In this document: positions 57,601 through 64,000 of the stretch, one piece after another
Numbering within the stretch: the first letter of the stretch is position 1
How the letters are laid out: each line of letters opens with the position of its first letter
From: Centroscyllium fabricii
Lineage: Eukaryota
Assembly: GCA_051313645.2 (NCBI GenBank)
Contig: JBNRSN020000118.1
Span: 1,178,001-1,242,000, forward strand
Direction: 5' to 3'
DNA length: 64,000 nucleotides
The notes under the pieces: model-generated
Database searches by the model: none
Told to the model about the DNA's origin: nothing
What the model saw: only the letters and a program-made list of their open reading frames with translations
Made by a program: the position numbers and the translations under genes

Positions 57601-58965
57601 TGTACAGACGTTCATCATGTTGTGGTGCACACTGTACAGATGTTCATCTTGTTGTGGTGCGCACTGTACAGATGTTCATCATGTTGTGTTGCACACTGTA
57701 CAGATGTTCATCTTGTTGTGGTGCACACTGTACAGATGTTCATCATGTTGTCGTGCACACTGTACAGATGTTCATCATGTTGTGGTGCACACTGTACAGA
57801 TGTTCATCATGTTGTGGTGCACACTGTACAGATGTTCATCATGTTGTGGTGCACATTGTACAGATGGTCATCATGTTGTGGTGCACACTGTACAGATGTT
57901 CATCATGTTGTTGTGCACACTGTACAGGTGTTCATCATGTTGTGGTGCACAATGTACAGATGTTCATCTTGTTGTGGTGCACACTGTACAGATGTTCATC
58001 ATGTTGTGGTGCACTCTGTACAGATGTTCATCATGTTGTGGTGCACATTTTACAGATGTTCAACATGTTGTGATGCACACTGTACAGATTTTCATCATGT
58101 TGTGGTGCACACTGTACAGTTGTTCATCATGTTGTTGCGCACAATGTACAGATGTTCATCTTGTTGTGGTGCACACTGTACAGATGTTCATCATGTTGTG
58201 GTGCACATTGTACAGATGTTCATCATGTTGTGGTGCACACTGTACAGATGTTCATCATGTTGTGGTGCACACTGTACAGATGTCCATCTTGTTGTGGTGC
58301 ACACTGTACAGATGTTCATCTTGTTGTGGTGCACACTGTACAGATGTTCATCATATTGTGGTGCACACTGTACAGATGTTAATCTTGTTGTGGGGCACAC
58401 TGTACAGATGTTCATCATGTTGTGGTGCACACTGTACAGATGTTCATCATGTTGTGTTGCACACTGTACAGATGTTCACCTTTTTTGGTGCACACTGTAC
58501 AGATGCTCATCTTGTTGTGGTGCAAACTGTACAGATGTTCATCATGTTGTGGTGCACAATGTACAGATGTTCATCATGTTGTGGTGCACACTGTACAGAT
58601 GTTCATCTTGTTGTGGTGCGCACTGTACAGATGTTCATCATGTTGTGTTGCACACTGTACAGATGTTCATCTTGTTGTGGTACACACTGTACAGATGTTC
58701 ATCATGTTGTGGTGCACATTTTACAGATGTTGATCTTGTTGTGTTTCACATTGTACAGATGTTCATCTTGTTGTGGTGCACATTGTACAGATGTTCATCA
58801 TGTTGTGGTGCATACTGTACAGATGTACATCTTGTACTGGTGCACACTGTACAGATGTTCATCATGTTGTGGTGCACACTTTACAGATGTTCATCATGCT
58901 GTTGTGCACACTGTACAGATGCTCATCTTGTTGTGGTGCAAACTGAACAGATGTTCATCATGTTG
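54620..58965 (+). repeat. Near-perfect tandem duplication, unit 2175 bp (68 monomers minus 1 bp)
   Basis: ORF pairs 54615/56790, 54999/57174 and 56247/58422; 31-bp monomer at 56303/58478. One visible difference (CACAGTACAGG vs CACTGTACAGG, about 55746/57921). Confidence 0.93.
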
Positions 58966-61900
58966 TGGTACACACTGTACAGATGTTCATCATGTTGTGG
59001 TGCACACTGTACAGATGTTCACCTTGTTGTGGTGCACACTGTACAGATGTTCATCATGTTGTGCTGCACACTTTACAGATGTTCATCATGTTGTGGTACA
59101 CAATGTACAGATGTTCATCATGTTGTGGTGCACACTGTACAGATGTTCATCATGTTGTGGTGCACACTGTACAAATGTTCATCTTATTGTGTTGCACACT
59201 GTACAGATGTTCATCTTGTTGTGGTGCACACTGTACAGATGTTCATCTTGCTGTGGTGCACACTGTACAGATGTTCACCTTGTTGTGGTGCACACTGTAC
59301 AGATGTTCATCATGTTGTGGTGCACATTGTACAGATGTTCATCTTGTCGTGGTTCGCATTGTACAGATGTTCACCATGTTGTGGTGCACACTGTACAGAT
59401 GTTCATCTTGTTGTGGTGCACACTGTACAGATGTTCATCATGTTGTAGTGCACACTGTGCAGATGTTCACCTTGTTGTGGTGCACACTGTACAGATGTTC
59501 ATCTTGTTGTGGTGCACATTGTACAGATGTTCATCATGTTGTGGTGCATACTGTACAGATGTACATCTTGTTGTGGTGCACACTGTACAGATGTTCATCA
59601 TGCTGTGGTGCACACTTTACAGATGTTCATCATGCTGTTGTTCACACTGTACAGATGCTCATCTTGTTGTGGTGCAAACTGTACAGATGTTCATCATGTT
59701 GTGGTGCACACTGTACAGATGTTCATCATGTTGTGGTACACACTGTACAGATGTTCATCATGTTGTGGAGCACACTGTACAGATGTTCATCATGTTGTGG
59801 TGCACACTGTACAAATGCTCGTCTTATTGTGTTGCACACTGTACAGATGTTCATCTTGTTGTGGTGCACACTGTACAGATGTTCATCATGTTGTTGTGCA
59901 CACTGTACAGATGTTCATCTTGTTGTGGTGCACACTGTACAGATGTTCATCTTGTTGTGGTGCACACTGTACAGGTGTTCATCATATTGTGGTGCACACT
60001 GTACAGATGTTCATCTTGTTGTGGAGAACACTGTACAGATGTTCATCATGTTGTGGTGCACACTGTACAGATGTTCATCATGTTGTGGTGCACACTGTAC
60101 AGATGTTCATCATGTTGTGGTGCACACTGTACAGATGTTCATCTTGTTGTGGTGCACACTGTACAGATGTTCATCTTGTTGTGGTGCACACTGTACAGAT
60201 GTTCATCATGTTGTGGTGCACATTGTACAGAAGTTCATCATGTTGTGGTGCATACTGTACAGATGTACATCTTGTTGTGGTGCACACTGTACAGATGTGC
60301 ATCATGTTGTGGTGCACACTTTACAGATGTTCATCATGCTGTTGTGCACACTGTACAGATGCTCATCTTGTTGTGGTGCAAACTGTACAGATGTTCATCA
60401 TGTTGTGGTACACCCTGTACAGATGTTCATCATGTTGTGGTGCACACTGTACAGATGTTCATCTTGTTGTGGTGCCCACTGTACAGATGTTCATCATGTT
60501 GTGGTGCACAATGTACAGATGTTCATCATTTTGTAGTGCACACTGTGCAGATGTTCATCTTGTTGTGGTGCACACTGTACAGATGTTCATCTTGTTGTGG
60601 TGCACATTGTACAGATGTTCATCATGTTGTGGTGCATATTGTACAGATGTACATCTTGTTGTGGTGCACACTGTACAGATGTTCATCATGTTGTGGTGCA
60701 CACTTTACAGATGTTCATCATGCTGTTGTGCACACTGTACAGATGCTCATCTTGTTGTGGTGCAAACTGTACAGATATTCATCATGTTGTGGTACACACT
60801 GTACAGATGTTCATCATGTTGTGGTGCACACAGTACAGATGTTCATCATGTTGTGGTGCACACTGTACAGATGTTCATCATGTTGTGGTACACACTGTAC
60901 AGATGTTCATCTTATTGTGGTGCACACTGTACATATGTTCATCTTGTTGTGGTGCACACTGTACAGATGTTCATCATGTTGTGGAGCACCCTGTACAGAT
61001 GTTCATCATGTTGTGGTGCACAATGTACAGACGTTCATCATGTTGTGGTGCACACTGTACAGATGTTCATCTTGTTGTGGTGTGCACTGTACAGATGTTC
61101 ATCATGTTGTGTTGCACACTGTACAGATGTTCATCTTGTTGTGGTACACACTGTACAGATGTTCATCATGTTGTGGTGCACATTTTACAGATGTTGATCT
61201 TGTTGTGTTTCACATTGTACAGATGTTCAACATGTTGTGGTGCACACTGTACAGATGTTCATCTTGTTGTGGTGCACATTTTACAGATGTTCATCATGTT
61301 GTAGTGCACACTGTGCAGATGTTCATCTTGTTGTGGTGCACACTGTACAGATGTTCATCTTGTTGTGGTGCACATTGTACAGATGTTCATCATGTTGTGG
61401 TGCATACTGTACAGATGTACATCTTGTTCTGGTGCACACTGTACAGATGTTCATCATGTTGTGGTGCACACTTTACAGATGTTCATCATGCTGTTGTGTA
61501 CACTGTACAGATGCTCATCTTGTTGTGGTGCAAACTGTACAGATGTTCATCATGTTGTGGTACACACTGTACAGATGTTCATCATGTTGTGGTGCACACT
61601 GTACAGATGTTCAACTTGTTGTGGTGCACACTGTACAGATGTTCATCATGTTGTGCTGCACACTTTACAGATGTTCATCATGTTGTGGTACACACTGTAC
61701 AGATGTTCATCATGTTGTGGTGCACAATGTACAGATGTTCATCATGTTGTGGTGCACACTGTACAAATGTTCATCTTATTGTGTTGCACACTGTACAGAT
61801 GTTCATCTTGTTGTGGTGCACACTGTACAGATGTTCATCTTGCTGTGGTGCACACTGTACAGATGTTCACCTTGTTGTGGTGCACACTGTACAGATGTTC

Positions 61901-62420
61901 ATCATGTTGTGGTGCACATTGTACAGATGTTCATCTTGTCGTGGTTCGCATTGTACAGATGTTCACCATGTTGTGGTGCACACTGTACAGATGTTCATCT
62001 TGTTGTGGTGCACACTGTACAGATGTTCATCATGTTGTAGTGCACACTGTGCAGATGTTCACCTTGTTGTGGTGCACACTGTACAGATGTTCATCTTGTT
62101 GTGGTGCACATTGTACAGATGTTCATCATGTTGTGGTGCATACTGTACAGATGTACATCTTGTTGTGGTGCACACTGTACAGATGTTCATCATGCTGTGG
62201 TGCACACTTTACAGATGTTCATCATGCTGTTGTTCACACTGTACAGATGCTCATCTTGTTGTGGTGCAAACTGTACAGATGTTCATCATGTTGTGGTGCA
62301 CACTGTACAGATGTTCATCATGTTGTGGTACACACTGTACAGATGTTCATCATGTTGTGGTGCACACTGTACAGATGTTCATCATGTTGTGGTGCACACT
62401 GTACAAATGCTCATCTTATT
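58790..62420 (+). repeat. Duplication of about 1 kb, offset 2592 bp (81 monomers)
   Basis: GTCGTGGTTCGC at about 59346/61938; ORFs 59509/62101. Confidence 0.82.
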
Positions 62421-64000
62421 GTGTTGCACACTGTACAGATGTTCATCTTGTTGTGGAGAACACTGTACAGATGTTCATCATGTTGTGGTGCACACTGTAC
62501 AGATGTTCATCATGTTGTGGTGCACACTGTACAGATGTTCATCATGTTGTGTTTCACACTGTACAGATATTCATCATGTTGTGGTGCACATTGTTCAGAT
62601 GTTCATCATGTTGTGGTGCACACTGTACAGATGTTCATCATGTTGTGGTGCACACTGTACAGATGTTCATCATGTTGTGGTGCACAATGTACAGATGTTC
62701 ATCTTGTTGTGGTGCACACTGTACAGATGTTCATCATGTTGTGGTGCACACTGTACAGATGTTCATCATGTTGTGGTGCACAATGTACAGATGTTCATCA
62801 TGTTGTGGATCACACTGTACAGATGTTCAACATGTTGTGGTGCACACTGTACAGATGTTCATCATGTTGTGGTGCACACTGTACAAATGTTCATCTTATT
62901 GTTTTGCACACTGTACAGATGTTCATCTTGTTGTGGTGCACACTGTACAGATGTTCATCATGTTGTGGTGCACACTGTACAGATGTTCAGCTTGTTGTGG
63001 TGCACACTGTACAGATGTTCATCTTGTTGTGGTGCACATTCTACAGATGTTCATCATGTTGTGGTGCATACTGTACAGATGTACATCTTGTTGTGGTGCA
63101 CACTGTACAGATGTTCATCACGTTGTGGTGCACACTTTACAGATGTTCATCATGCTGTTGTGCACACTGTACAGATGCTCATCTTGTTGTGGTGCAAACT
63201 GTACAGATGCTCATCATGTTGTGGTACACACTGTACAGATGTTCATCATGTTGTGGTGCACACTGTACATATGTTCATCTTGTTGTGGTGCACACTGTAC
63301 AGATGTTCATCATGTTGTGGTGCACACTGCACAGATGTTCATCATGTTGTGGTGCACACTGTACAAATGTTCATCTTATTGTGTTGAACACTGTACAGAT
63401 GTTCATCTTGTTGTGGTGCACACTGTACAGATGTTCATCATGTTGAGGTGCACAATGTACAGATGTTCATCTTGTTGTGGTGCACAATGTACAGATGTTC
63501 ATCTTGTTGTGGTACACACTGTACAGATGTTCATCATATTGTGGTGCACACTGTACAGATGTTCATCTTGTTGTGGTGCACAATGTACAGATGTTCATCA
63601 TGTTGTCGTGCACACTGTACAGATGTTCATCATGTTGTGGTGCACACTGTACAGATGTTCATCATGTTGTGGTGCACACTGTACAGATGTTCATCATGTT
63701 GTGGTGCACATTGTACAGATGGTCATCATGTTGTGGTGCACACTGTACAGATGTTCATCATGTTGTTGTGCACACTGTACAGGTGTTCATCATGTTGCGG
63801 TGCACAATGTACAGATGTTCATCTTGTTGTGGTGCACACTGTACAGATGTTCATCATGTTGTGGTGCACTCTGTACAGATGTTCATCATGTTGTGGTGCA
63901 CATTTTACAGATGTTCAACATGTTGTGATGCACACTGTACAGATTTTCATCATGTTGTGGTGCACACTGTACAGATGTTCATCATGTTGTTGCGCACAAT

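Larger units (their letters stand above)
1..64000. repeat. Tandem satellite/minisatellite array, 32-bp monomer TGTTGTGGTGCACACTGTACAGATGTTCATCW, about 2,000 head-to-tail copies in one orientation, extending beyond both window ends
   Basis: The monomer is visible on every line. The 32-bp register can be followed from position 1 to 64000 with a net loss of 16 bp, fully accounted for by the visible indels. The ORF track shows the same 32-aa cycle in all three plus frames. Confidence 0.99.

Noticed and set aside
41486-58430. Three short minus-strand ORFs (41486-41695, 56016-56255, 58191-58430)
   Set aside because: The minus strand has TGA in every consensus monomer. These ORFs arise where an indel or substitution skips a stop.
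6-63928. Many plus-strand Cys/His-rich ORFs resembling metallothionein or keratin-associated proteins
   Set aside because: All three frames give the same 32-aa cycle because the monomer has no plus-strand stop and 32 is not a multiple of 3. ORF ends are sporadic variants, and there are no unique termini or gene context.
1-64000. CRISPR array (32-bp partly palindromic repeat)
   Set aside because: The repeats abut directly, with no unique spacers, leader or cas genes.
1-64000. Both alleles of the dimorphic site fit the p53 core CWWG
   Set aside because: The 5' flank is CAT rather than RRR, and half-sites are 32 bp apart, so this is a poor p53 element.
1-64000. Assignment as centromeric or telomeric, or to a named satellite family or species
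   Set aside because: No telomeric motif, CENP-B box or flanking sequence was seen, and I do not recognise the monomer. This needs a database search or FISH/ChIP.
1-64000. Synthetic construct or pure sequencing artefact
   Set aside because: Hierarchically shared variants and nested, differently diverged duplications indicate a naturally evolved array, although individual perfect duplications may be misassembled.

Overview
The whole 64 kb window is one uninterrupted, head-to-tail tandem array (satellite or giant minisatellite) of a 32-bp monomer, consensus TGTTGTGGTGCACACTGTACAGATGTTCATC(A/T). It holds about 2,000 copies, about 44% GC, no CpG in the consensus, and runs off both ends. I see no unique sequence, inversion, transposon, RNA gene, CRISPR spacer or supportable gene. 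The many plus-strand Cys/His-rich ORFs follow from the monomer lacking a plus-strand stop and 32 not being divisible by 3, so every frame reads the same 32-aa cycle. The informative signal is in the variants. These include a two-state A/T site in every monomer, ordered cassettes of variant monomers suggesting an older 12-mer (384 bp) higher-order repeat, and nested duplications from about 0.1 to 7.6 kb. Variants are spatially zoned, and the 32-bp period is almost perfectly conserved (18 visible net indels, 14 of them copies of one event). Many recurrent variants perfect local quasi-palindromes. The organism cannot be determined; the architecture resembles eukaryotic satellite DNA (inference). 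I cannot support a new gene system. The best leads concern array evolution, possible transcription-factor site arrays and one outlier 3,221-codon frame.
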